From the NCBI GenBank assembly GCA_965219005.1, contig CBDCMS010000004.1:815736-879735 (forward strand): a DNA stretch of 64,000 nt, written 5' to 3'. The translations under genes were made by a program, and so were the position numbers. This document shows positions 40,438 through 49,178 of the stretch, piece after piece; position 1 is the first letter of the stretch; every line of letters begins with the position of its first letter. A model generated the notes under the pieces. The model saw only the letters and a list, made by a program, of their open reading frames with translations, did no database searches and was not told the origin of the DNA. The DNA comes from Acidobacteriota bacterium (GTDB taxonomy: Bacteria > Acidobacteriota > UBA6911 > RPQK01 > JAJDTT01).

Positions 40438-41215
40438 ATCCGTTCAGCCACGCCACTAGTACTGCTGGAATGGAAAACCTGAATCGCCAGTGCCTGAGCG
40501 GCCCTCGAGCGCCCCTACTCAGCCAAACTGAAGGAGTAGAACCAGGGCCTCCTCGGCCGGCACGACTCCCCTACACTCTGCCAGGAGAAGCAACACCATG
40601 ACTCTCAACAGACCAGGAATCCTACTCATCGTTCGCCTTCCTTCTGGGAGATGCGCAGCTGGCACCATCGGGCTCCAGAGCTCGTGAGACTCACCGCACT
40701 GAGTATCGACAAACCGTTCGTTATTATGAGCAAATCTTTGTGCATAAAATAGAATTTATAGTCTGAGTATATCTCGAAGGACATCGTCCCTCTCAGCCGG
40801 GCTCGGGCGGTAGAATCGGCCCATATTTCCCCGATTTTTCGAGAAATAGAACAACTATGCCCCTCAAAATCGAGAAAATCTGGCCTCGATTCCCCGCTTT
40901 CTCGCTACGATCGTTTCTACCGCGCAGACTCCGCACTTTGGTCGAGGTTCAGGACAGGCTCGGGCTGCGACGGTTCTACAGCCAGCTGGGTCAGGACAAG
41001 AGGTTGACGAAATCAATAGGACTTTCCTTTTGGATTGAGTTCTAGGAGAGAGGGTAGAAACACCCGAAAGGAGCCCAAAAGGGGCTGAAATGAGGTGGAT
41101 GGGGAAATCGAAGGGGATCCACAGGGTTGAGATCGTGTAACGGGGGTGGGAGCGGAGGCGGGGCGATGCCAAAGGGCCAGTCGGGAGGAAAAACAGACAC
41201 AAGGATATGGCAAGC

Positions 41216-41247
41216 CCCCACTGAAGAGCTCGAGCTCTTCAGTGGGG
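41216..41247. repeat. Perfect 32-bp loopless palindrome over the transposase stop codon
   Basis: CCCCACTGAAGAGCTC|GAGCTCTTCAGTGGGG. Confidence 0.9.
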
Positions 41248-42594
41248 CCAATCCGGAACCTCGTCCCAGAACAGCGAGTCGTCGGAGGCTCGAACGGCTT
41301 GAGCCTGCTGGGGGGAAAGTTCCGCCAGAAAGTGTTCCAGCTTCTGCGGAAACAACCGGGGTGGGGGCGCCCGTTGCGGCCCTTGCCCCAGCTTCAAATG
41401 CGCCAGAATCCGGCGGATCACATGAGGCTGCTCGATCACCGCGATCACGCGCAGAGAGCTGCCGCAACCACAGCGCAAGGGATCGACGTCATAGATCTTG
41501 CGGAGCAGACGAGCCCAGCTACGACGGCGCCTGAAGCGCTCGGCCGCGGACTCCTCCTCGACGGAGCGGTCCTCGGAGAGCGGGCCGTGGACGGCTTTCT
41601 GCTGCTGCCGTCGTTTCCCACGTGAGGCGCTAGCGTAACGGCCATAGTAACGGATTTGGTGCTCATTTCGATCGGGGATATGCGAGCAGACCCGGGCCCT
41701 CCAGTCCAAGGCATCCAGCGACTGCAGCGTCCCCTTGCCGGTGCGGTAGAGGATCTGGCCGCGATCGCTCTGATAGTCGAGGCGGGAGGCGGCGAAACTG
41801 GGACGTCGAATGTAGGCGGCCAGACGCTCCAGAGCCGGGCGATCCTCGGGGGGAACACCTCGAGAGGAGTAGACCCCGAATCCGGAGGGAGACCAGGCGC
41901 GCAACTTCTGGGCGAACTCCGGACTGAGTCGATGCTGCTGGACCATCATCTCCAAGACCCGGTGTTGGAACAGGCGGCTGAGTAAAGAGGAGTCGAAGCC
42001 GCCGATCGAGACCCCACGGCCGTCCCCATTCCAGGCCGTGTCGCTGACCAGCCCATGGAGGTGAGCGTGAGGTCGCAAGTTGTCGCCCCAGGTCTGGGTG
42101 GTCAGGATGGCCCCCGGAACCGAGCCGGGCCCCAAGCGGCTTTGGACATAGTCCCGGAGACTGGCCCAGGCGCAGCGGCAGAGCTCTCCCAAGAGCTTTC
42201 GGTCTTTGTAGAAGGCCGGACGCAGGACCCTCGGAATCGTCCACACCAGCTGCCGGTGGTCGACCTCCTCGAGCACCTCCTCCAGCACCTGTTCCAGGAA
42301 AGCAGCCACCTGCTTGGCTTGGCAACTCGGACAAAAACAGCGCGTTTTGCATGAAAATGCCAACAACTGCTCCCGTCGACAGTCGGAGCAGCGCAGGCGG
42401 GCGAATCCATGACGAAGGATCCCACATTGGAGGAAACGTTCGACGGTTTTCTCCACCACCGGACGCCAGGGCCCATAGTCTCTCTCGTAGAAGTAGGGAT
42501 AGGCCTCCTTGAACTCTTCCCAGTAGTCCTCCAGACACTGGTAGAAGGCGGTGTGCTCGGGATGACGGGGCCGGTAGGTGCCAGCGAGGGGCAT
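41239..42594 (-). CDS. IS91-family HUH transposase (zinc-binding domain + Y2_Tnp-like domain)
   Basis: CGILRHGFARLRCSDC...FSCKTRCFCPSC, HUH PHAHLH, RLAAYIRRP, IRYYGRY, CGCG...IRRILAHL...RAPP. Confidence 0.92.
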   Translation of the reverse strand: MPLAGTYRPRHPEHTAFYQCLEDYWEEFKEAYPYFYERDYGPWRPVVEKTVERFLQCGILRHGFARLRCSDCRREQLLAFSCKTRCFCPSCQAKQVAAFLEQVLEEVLEEVDHRQLVWTIPRVLRPAFYKDRKLLGELCRCAWASLRDYVQSRLGPGSVPGAILTTQTWGDNLRPHAHLHGLVSDTAWNGDGRGVSIGGFDSSLLSRLFQHRVLEMMVQQHRLSPEFAQKLRAWSPSGFGVYSSRGVPPEDRPALERLAAYIRRPSFAASRLDYQSDRGQILYRTGKGTLQSLDALDWRARVCSHIPDRNEHQIRYYGRYASASRGKRRQQQKAVHGPLSEDRSVEEESAAERFRRRRSWARLLRKIYDVDPLRCGCGSSLRVIAVIEQPHVIRRILAHLKLGQGPQRAPPPRLFPQKLEHFLAELSPQQAQAVRASDDSLFWDEVPDWPH

Positions 42595-42923
42595 GCCCTA
42601 CCGGAAACGTTTGCCGAAGCGAATCTACGGAGGATTCTCTACTCCATGAGCGTCAGGATCAAGTTTCCATATCCTCTTCGCCGACATCGGGAACGCCTGC
42701 CGAATGACGATTGCCGACCTGGACGCCGACCGGAAAAGCGAAGCCGTCCGTCTGCGTCCCGGATCAGCTCAGAGTCCTCTTTTTACACGGAGGTACGGAT
42801 GCTCCTTACAGGGTAGGACGGTAGTTTCATGGCCATCCAGGATATAGGGTGCTAGACCGTCACTGAGCTTACAGCACGTTCACCACCGCTCATTGAAATC
42901 AGAGGAAGCCGGTTGATCTTGAT

Positions 42924-43505
42924 CTACCCGGCTTGCCCGCAGGCGAGGGTCAACTCCAGGAGCTTGAGCGTCGTCTTCCAGTTCCGGAAGGTACTTGGGG
43001 TCCCCAGCTTGGAGTCGAAGTAGGTGTTGGTCAGCTTTGATCGTGTAAGGCCGTGGGGACACTTGAGGTAGACCTCACGGCCTTGGACAACAAACTCGTC
43101 GGGCCGTGAGCGCCGAGGGTCCAAGCCAGCGATCCTGTCGCTGCTGGGTCGGCTGGCTAGGAAGGCGACGTGCAGTTCTCGATCATCGCCGCCGCCTCGT
43201 AGGAACGGATTGGTACGGACGATTTTGCCGAGCTCCTGGGCGGTACGTGTGATGACGGGTGTTTCCCAGCCGAAGCGCCTGGAAATGTCCTGCACGATAT
43301 CGGCGCTTATCCGGGAAACCTCACTTGTTTCCGCCTCGTAGATGACATTGCCACTCTGGATGTACGTCTGAACCTGTCTGGCACCCGCGTCTTCGAAGAT
43401 CGAGACGAGATTCTCCATCGGCAGTCTGTGTCGGCCGCCGACGTTGATTCCACGCAAGAGCGTGATCTGGACCGTTGGCGCCTGGGGCTTTTTCGGTGCG
43501 GCCAT
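42924..43505 (-). CDS. DUF1697 family protein, copy 2
   Basis: Same 582-nt length as 22952..23533; three amino-acid differences seen (PVIT/PFIT, PSSD/PSTD, LTRS/LARS). Confidence 0.88.
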   Translation of the reverse strand: MAAPKKPQAPTVQITLLRGINVGGRHRLPMENLVSIFEDAGARQVQTYIQSGNVIYEAETSEVSRISADIVQDISRRFGWETPVITRTAQELGKIVRTNPFLRGGGDDRELHVAFLASRPSSDRIAGLDPRRSRPDEFVVQGREVYLKCPHGLTRSKLTNTYFDSKLGTPSTFRNWKTTLKLLELTLACGQAG

Positions 43506-43531
43506 TCTCAAGTCAAGGCTTCGCCGACCGG

Positions 43532-44590
43532 CTAGTCCTGACCCTCCGGATTATCTCGCTCTGTGCTCCCCCGCGATAATGCCTTTCTCATCCTGATCAA
43601 GATGTCTGGCGATGCAACCGTGTCGTGTTTCAAGATGAGGAGCGCGAAGTTGTCAGCCAGGATCTCCTCTGGATGGATGATGTATTTTGTGTTTCTGCCG
43701 ACTTGCTCGAAGAAACTCGAAATCCCGTCCATCCCTACCAGGGCTGGATTGGTGCCATCATATTTTGGGTGCACCACTAGCGGATCGGAGTCTCGATCGA
43801 CCAACAGGAACTTGAATTGTAGGTAGTCAAAGAGCCCTTTGCCGCTTTCCATCTCGTACTTCTCGCGGTTGGAAAAGAGAATGGGGACAGCCCAGGTGGG
43901 TTCTCCGTCGACCCCTATTCGAATGCAGTGCTCGTGTCTGGGTGCGTCGGGATTCGTGATCCTTCGGGATCGGAGCGCGGCCGGAAACCGAAATCCGGGA
44001 CATTTCCTGAAGCCGATGCCTCGATAGAGGCGGTCCTTCAGCTCCGGGTTCGCCCGTGAAAGGATGTGGAATAGCTCGTGGCAGATGATCCGCTGGATTT
44101 CCCAGGGCTCTGCCATGAGTTTGGTGACGGGTAGGACGATGGCCTGCCCGCGCGTGTAGGCTGCCTCGCTTTCTTCTTTTCCAGTGGTCTTGACCAGGTA
44201 GATCCTCTCAGGCAACGGGAGCGCCAGCTTCTCCAGAGCTGATCGTACGCTGTCGAGAGCGGCACCCATCTGCTCCTTCTCTCGCCCCGTCCAGGCAAGC
44301 ACCTGTCGTCCGACGAACAAGAGGAATTTCGATTCGGAGACCTCGCGGTCCGTCTTCAGACGTAGCGCTCGATCGAATGGGCTGAGCCGCTCGACGAAAT
44401 CGTCTCGTTGTTCTAGAGCCTTCCGTCCCTCAGCAACGGTTGCGAAGACGAGGGTAGTATCCCCCACTATCACTCCGTCAGGGCTCGCCTCAAGGTACCG
44501 GGCACACACGATGAGTGCTGTCAGGCATAGAACGCTTGACCGTGATCGCCCGAAGAAACGGAAAAGATTGTTGCGCACTGTCAACTTCAT
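43532..44590 (-). CDS. Exported hypothetical protein with a HExxH zincin motif
   Basis: Signal-like N-terminus; ICHELFHILSR; distal IHPEEILADNF glutamate motif. Confidence 0.78.
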   Translation of the reverse strand: MKLTVRNNLFRFFGRSRSSVLCLTALIVCARYLEASPDGVIVGDTTLVFATVAEGRKALEQRDDFVERLSPFDRALRLKTDREVSESKFLLFVGRQVLAWTGREKEQMGAALDSVRSALEKLALPLPERIYLVKTTGKEESEAAYTRGQAIVLPVTKLMAEPWEIQRIICHELFHILSRANPELKDRLYRGIGFRKCPGFRFPAALRSRRITNPDAPRHEHCIRIGVDGEPTWAVPILFSNREKYEMESGKGLFDYLQFKFLLVDRDSDPLVVHPKYDGTNPALVGMDGISSFFEQVGRNTKYIIHPEEILADNFALLILKHDTVASPDILIRMRKALSRGSTERDNPEGQD

Positions 44591-44689
44591 GAACTTTTGA
44601 TCGCAGATCTAAAAGAGTCCCTGTCATTGTGCAAGAGATCGAGTCCCAAGTACATCTGGCGTGAAGAGGTCGCAATTTCCACTTCTCGC

Positions 44690-44737
44690 TTGACAAGGGC
44701 GATGAGATTTATTGAAATTGAAATTCAATTTCAATAA
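44690..44737 (+). promoter_or_regulatory. Sigma70 promoter with an overlapping Fur-like palindromic operator
   Basis: TTGACA at 44690-44695; perfect 13-3-13 inverted repeat TTATTGAAATTGA-AAT-TCAATTTCAATAA (44709-44737) upstream of porin-feoAB. Confidence 0.75.
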
Positions 44738-44772
44738 GGCCCTGGGCCGCTGGTCCTGGCTGAGTTGATTTT

Positions 44773-44916
44773 GAGGAGAGAGTTGCTGAGGGGGGATCCG
44801 CCGGCCGTGTCGGCGCAGCCCTTGGCTTTTGGGGCCCTCGAGAGAAGGCCGACCTTCAGTACATGGCTCCCATGGCAGTCGGCAAGCGGGAGCCGCTCCA
44901 AGCGCCCCGAGGAGGA
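44773..44916 (+). promoter_or_regulatory. Structured 5' leader, candidate metal-sensing riboswitch (yybP-ykoY-like features)
   Basis: GGAG-AGAGTT-GC start, branched hairpin, GCCGAC/GTCGGC stem enclosing TCAGTAC + ATGG/CCAT, and a CTCC able to pair with either the 5' GGAG or the SD GGAG. Confidence 0.35.
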
Positions 44917-44920
44917 TTGT

Positions 44921-46348
44921 GTGTACAGAACCGCATCAAGACGTCGGATAGTCTTCGCGTTATTCAAATATGGGGTGCTGGCCTCGTGGCTCAGCCTGCT
45001 GGTGCCTTCAGCTCTGAGCTCAGAGCAGGACCAGCTGAAGGCGAAGCTGGAGGAGTTGGAGCGCAGATTGGAGGCGCTGGAGGCTCAGAATACCGCGGAA
45101 AGGGTGGCGGCGACTCCCCCGAGCCCGGCCCCGGGAACTCAGTCGGCGGAGCTCCAGGAACTGCGACGGCAGCTCGACATCCTGGCCGCCGAGGTGGAGC
45201 TCATTAGAAGCGGAGAGCCGCTCATCGAGGTGACCAATGAAGAGGCCCGAGCCCGGGGCCTGGGACCCGCGGCGGCTTCTGTCTATCGGCGACAGGAGGG
45301 TGTTTCGATCGCCGGCTACGGTGAAATGCTCTACAACAACTTCAGCGCCGAGAACGAACTTGGAGATCCCGTCAGGCAATCCACCCAGTTCGATTTCCTG
45401 CGGGCCATCATCTATGCTGGCTACCGCTTCAACGACCGCTTCGTATTCAATTCCGAGATTGAGTTCGAACATGCTTCGACCAGCCTGGAGGGATCTGCCT
45501 CGGTCGAATTCGCTTATCTGGACTTCATTGCGAATGACTACCTCACATTGCGGGGCGGACTTCTCCTGGTTCCAATGGGATTGGTCAACGAGCTGCACGA
45601 GCCTACCGTTTTCATGGGGGCGCTGCGTCCCGAGACCGAACGCCGGATCATACCCTCCACCTGGCGAGAGAACGGCGTCGGTGCTGTCGGATCGGTCGGA
45701 ATTTTCGACTATCGGGTCTACATGATCAATGGCTTGCAGGGCTCCCGCTTCAGCTCCAATGGTCTTCGGGGAGGACGTCAAAAGGGTTCCGAAACGACCG
45801 CTACGGATATGGCGGTGGTGGCGCGTCTGGACGTCAATCCGACGCCGGGCGTTTTCTTTGGTGGTTCCATCTACAACGGCGCTTCGGATCAGGGCGCGCT
45901 TTTCGAGGGCAACGAGCTGGACGTTGGAACGACGATCGGCGAGCTACACGGCCAGGCCCAACTGCGGGGTTTCGATGTACGAGGGTTGTACGCCTGGTCA
46001 CGCCTGGACGATGTGATCCGTTTAAACCAATCATTGGGTCTCACGGGCAGTGGTAGCATCGGTGAAAGACTCGAGGGGGGATACTTCCAAGTCGGGTACA
46101 ATCTGCTGTCCCAATTCAGGGCCGATGTTCGGGTGACGCCTTACTACCGGTACGAGATCCTCGATACCCAGAAGGCGGTCCCCAGGGGTTTCTTCCGGAA
46201 TCCCAGCAGAGATCGTACCTTTCAGACCCTGGGACTGGAGTTCAAACCCATCCCCAATATCGTCATCAAGTCGGATTTCGTTTGGAGTCGGAACAAGTCG
46301 CAGACGGGGGTGAATCAGGTCAACGTCGCCCTGGGTTACAACTTCTAG
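44921..46348 (+). CDS. Outer-membrane beta-barrel (porin-like) with N-terminal coiled coil
   Basis: GGAGGA + GTG, signal peptide, heptad ELERRLEALE, IAGYGE, FNSEIEFEH..VEFAYLD, terminal ALGYNF. Confidence 0.85.
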   Translation: MYRTASRRRIVFALFKYGVLASWLSLLVPSALSSEQDQLKAKLEELERRLEALEAQNTAERVAATPPSPAPGTQSAELQELRRQLDILAAEVELIRSGEPLIEVTNEEARARGLGPAAASVYRRQEGVSIAGYGEMLYNNFSAENELGDPVRQSTQFDFLRAIIYAGYRFNDRFVFNSEIEFEHASTSLEGSASVEFAYLDFIANDYLTLRGGLLLVPMGLVNELHEPTVFMGALRPETERRIIPSTWRENGVGAVGSVGIFDYRVYMINGLQGSRFSSNGLRGGRQKGSETTATDMAVVARLDVNPTPGVFFGGSIYNGASDQGALFEGNELDVGTTIGELHGQAQLRGFDVRGLYAWSRLDDVIRLNQSLGLTGSGSIGERLEGGYFQVGYNLLSQFRADVRVTPYYRYEILDTQKAVPRGFFRNPSRDRTFQTLGLEFKPIPNIVIKSDFVWSRNKSQTGVNQVNVALGYNF

Positions 46349-46433
46349 CGGACTCGTTCTTGTTGTCGCTAGACTATGGGGGACGAATGAGAGTTAATGG
46401 TTAGCGCATCTTCGCTCCAGGACTGAAACGCCT

Positions 46434-46691
46434 ATGCCCCCGCTCACGCTTGATGATCTAGTTAAGGGCGAAGAAGGGATCCTCGATTCCATCGAGCTGC
46501 CGGAAGCAGAGAGCCGCCGACTGATGGAGCTGGGATTCTTGCCGGGCACCTTGGTTGCCGCAGCCGGCCGCTCGCCTTTTGGCGATCCACGCATCTTCCG
46601 CGTCGATGGCTCAGAGGTTGCGCTGCGTCGTGAGACCGCCGCCCGCCTGATGCTTCGTCCATCCCAAGCGATTCCCGAGAAGGATTCATGA
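46434..46691 (+). CDS. feoA: Ferrous iron transport protein A
   Basis: RLMELGFLPG, SPFGDP, VDGSEVALRRETA. Confidence 0.92.
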   Translation: MPPLTLDDLVKGEEGILDSIELPEAESRRLMELGFLPGTLVAAAGRSPFGDPRIFRVDGSEVALRRETAARLMLRPSQAIPEKDS

Positions 46692-48580
46692 GCCAGCGCC
46701 AGCCTGAGGTCGTGGAGTTTGGTGCCACCTCGGCAACTCGGCAGCCGGCTTCGGGCGGCGTTCGTACGGTAGCCGTTGTGGGTCCACCCAACGCGGGCAA
46801 GTCTACACTCTTCAATCGCCTCACCGGACTGCGTCAGAAGGTGGCCAACTACCCTGGCGTGACGGTAGAGAAGAGAGTAGGACAGGCCCGTCTCTCCGGT
46901 AGCGTGGAAGTCGAACTGGTCGATCTGCCGGGGATCTACAGTCTGAAGCCGATGTCAGAGGATGAACGGGTCGCCCATGATGTTCTGACGGGTCGTATGG
47001 CGGGAGTCTCCCCTCCCGATGCCATCGTCCTCATTCTCGACTCCACGAATCTGGGGCGTCACCTCAGTTTCGCCGCACCCATTCTCAGCTTGGGAGTGCC
47101 GACTCTGGTGGTTCTCAACATGGCAGATGATCTTCGAAGGCGGGGCGGGAATCTCGAACTTGACAAGCTCGCAGATCGTCTTGGAGCTCCCGTCGCCTTG
47201 ATCAGTGCCCGAACTGGCGAGGGAGTTCCTGCCGTCGAAGAGTTTCTGGAGGGGGCCCTGGGTGTCCCAAATCCGGTGGAACTCCCGGTTATTCAGGATA
47301 TTCCCAAGTGCCGCGAATGGTCAGCCCGGGTTGGAATTGAAGCAGATTACGCTGCGCCGGCTCCGCCCCTTTGGACGCGGCGCCTGGACGCCCTCTTTCT
47401 CCATCCGCTGGCTGGTCCGCTTATCTTCGGGATCTTGGTGGTTGCGGTGTTCCAGACGGTGTTCACGGTGGCCGTACCCCTGATGGATGGGGTGGATGCC
47501 GCCGTTTCGACTTCCGGCAGTTGGCTGAACTCTCTGCTGCCCGATTCCTGGTTTCGGAGCCTCCTGATCGAAGGTGTGTGGGGCGGGGTGGGTTCGGTCG
47601 TGGTTTTTCTGCCCCAGATCCTTCTTCTCTTTATCTTCATTGGGGTTCTGGAGGATTCGGGCTATATGGCCCGGGCCGCCCTGATCGCGGACCGTACCAT
47701 GAGGAACGTGGGACTGCAGGGGAAATCCTTCATTCCGCTGCTTTCGGCCTATGCCTGCGCCGTCCCCGCCATAATGGCCACTCGGACCATCGAGAGCAAA
47801 CGTGATCGTATGGCTACCATCCTGATCGCGCCCTTCATGACTTGCTCGGCGAGGCTGCCGGTCTACACGCTGGTGATTGCGGCGTTTATCCCCGAACAGC
47901 CGCTACTGGGTGGAATTCTCGGTACCCGTGCGGTGACGATGCTGGGCCTATATCTGCTCGGTTTCCTGGCGGCGTTTTTCACGGCCTGGGCTCTCAAGTC
48001 GTCCGTCTTGCGCAGCGGTGGCTCCTCTTTCGTACTGGAGATGCCTCCCTACCGATTACCAAGCCTACGGTCCCTGGGCCTTCGTCTATTCGATCGTGCC
48101 CGTATCTTCTTGAGGCGCGCTGGGACCGTGATCATGGCCACCAGCATCATCTTGTGGATTCTGGCCAGCTTGCCGCTCCAGGATGGCGAACCTCCTCCCA
48201 TAGCTGAGAGTGTCGTTGGGACGGTGGGTCGCACCATAGAGCCCGTCATTGAACCCCTGGGGTTCAATTGGAGAATTGGCGTTGGACTCATCACCTCACT
48301 TGCGGCTCGGGAAGTCATCGTCGGAACTCTGGGCACCCTCTACGGGATGGAGGAGGATGAGGGCTCGCGTGATTTGCAAGAGGCTCTGAAAAGCGAATTA
48401 GACCTGGGTGGGGCCGTGGCCCTTCTGGTGTTCTTCGCCTTCGCTATGCAGTGCATGTCCACGGTAGCAGTCGTGCGGAGGGAGACGGGAAGCTGGAAGT
48501 GGCCTGTGATCCAGTTTGCCTACATGACCTTGCTAGCCTATGTCGCAGCGTTTTTCGCAAACGCGCTGATCCGCACATGA
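46688..48580 (+). CDS. feoB: Ferrous iron transport protein B
   Basis: G1 GPPNAGKST, G2 NYPGVTVE, G3 DLPG, G4 NMAD, gate motifs CAVPAIMATR, MTCSARLPVY, QCMST; ATGA overlap with feoA. Confidence 0.95.
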   Translation: MSQRQPEVVEFGATSATRQPASGGVRTVAVVGPPNAGKSTLFNRLTGLRQKVANYPGVTVEKRVGQARLSGSVEVELVDLPGIYSLKPMSEDERVAHDVLTGRMAGVSPPDAIVLILDSTNLGRHLSFAAPILSLGVPTLVVLNMADDLRRRGGNLELDKLADRLGAPVALISARTGEGVPAVEEFLEGALGVPNPVELPVIQDIPKCREWSARVGIEADYAAPAPPLWTRRLDALFLHPLAGPLIFGILVVAVFQTVFTVAVPLMDGVDAAVSTSGSWLNSLLPDSWFRSLLIEGVWGGVGSVVVFLPQILLLFIFIGVLEDSGYMARAALIADRTMRNVGLQGKSFIPLLSAYACAVPAIMATRTIESKRDRMATILIAPFMTCSARLPVYTLVIAAFIPEQPLLGGILGTRAVTMLGLYLLGFLAAFFTAWALKSSVLRSGGSSFVLEMPPYRLPSLRSLGLRLFDRARIFLRRAGTVIMATSIILWILASLPLQDGEPPPIAESVVGTVGRTIEPVIEPLGFNWRIGVGLITSLAAREVIVGTLGTLYGMEEDEGSRDLQEALKSELDLGGAVALLVFFAFAMQCMSTVAVVRRETGSWKWPVIQFAYMTLLAYVAAFFANALIRT

Positions 48581-48624
48581 CGGCTAAGGGGGTGGAAGTC
48601 AGTTAAAAGGATAATAAACTGGCG

Positions 48625-49151
48625 TCGTCCTCGACTGCCGGAACCTGGGCTCATGTTGACAACGGGTCGTTCGCGGCTCTGTCGGATCGCCAAGGGTTGA
48701 TGATCGGCGATCGTTTGGAACTTGGTGCTTGTGATTTGGAGCTTGTTTGTATCTTGTTTCTTGTATCTTGGGATTTTCAAGTTTCAGCTTAGCACCGGCT
48801 CCGGCTGCGCCGGATCGTACAGGAAAGAAACTTCAGTCGAGGAACGTATTGGTGGTCTCCGTACCGCCGTGTTCTTTCGTTCGAGCCTTTGGCTCGAAGC
48901 CAGAACTTCGGCCTGGAGACCGAAGCCACGTTTGAAGTTTCAGGTTAGCCCCGCCCCCAGCGATGCTGGCCCCATTCGAGAACGGAACTTTTCGGGGTCA
49001 ACAGAGATCTTGCTGTTGTCCGGCTCTCTCCTCGGAACTTGGGCTCATCTTGCAGGCAAGTCAAGTCGTTCGCGGCTCTGTTGCCTGCAGCTGTTTCCGG
49101 TACTGTTCACTGATCACTTCATCACTGTTCACTATTCAAGTTTCAGCTTAG
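48625..49151. repeat. Tandem cluster of three modular repeat units (copy D)
   Basis: Units end in CAAGTTTCAGCTTAG (48778-48792), GAAGTTTCAGGTTAG (48934-48948) and CAAGTTTCAGCTTAG (49137-49151); lies between convergent feoB and oxidoreductase genes. Confidence 0.8.
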
Positions 49152-49178
49152 CCTTCCGCCCTTGAGCATCTGCATCTC

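Larger units (their letters stand above)
41012..42594 (-). mobile_element. IS91/ISCR-like rolling-circle element (oriIS-like end to transposase start; terIS not located)
   Basis: The minus strand ends GGAAAGTCCTATTGAT about 210-225 bp downstream of the transposase stop, resembling the IS91 ori end CCTATCGAT. Confidence 0.6.

Noticed and set aside
40724-40765. Chromosomal dif site
   Set aside because: The arms are in the wrong order and spacing for an 11-6-11 XerC/XerD site; kept only as a weak generic inverted repeat.
48625-49151. CRISPR array (the recurring motif contains GTTTCA)
   Set aside because: The repeat is only 15 bp, spacing is 150-200 bp and irregular, the intervening DNA is itself repeated elsewhere, and there are no cas genes.
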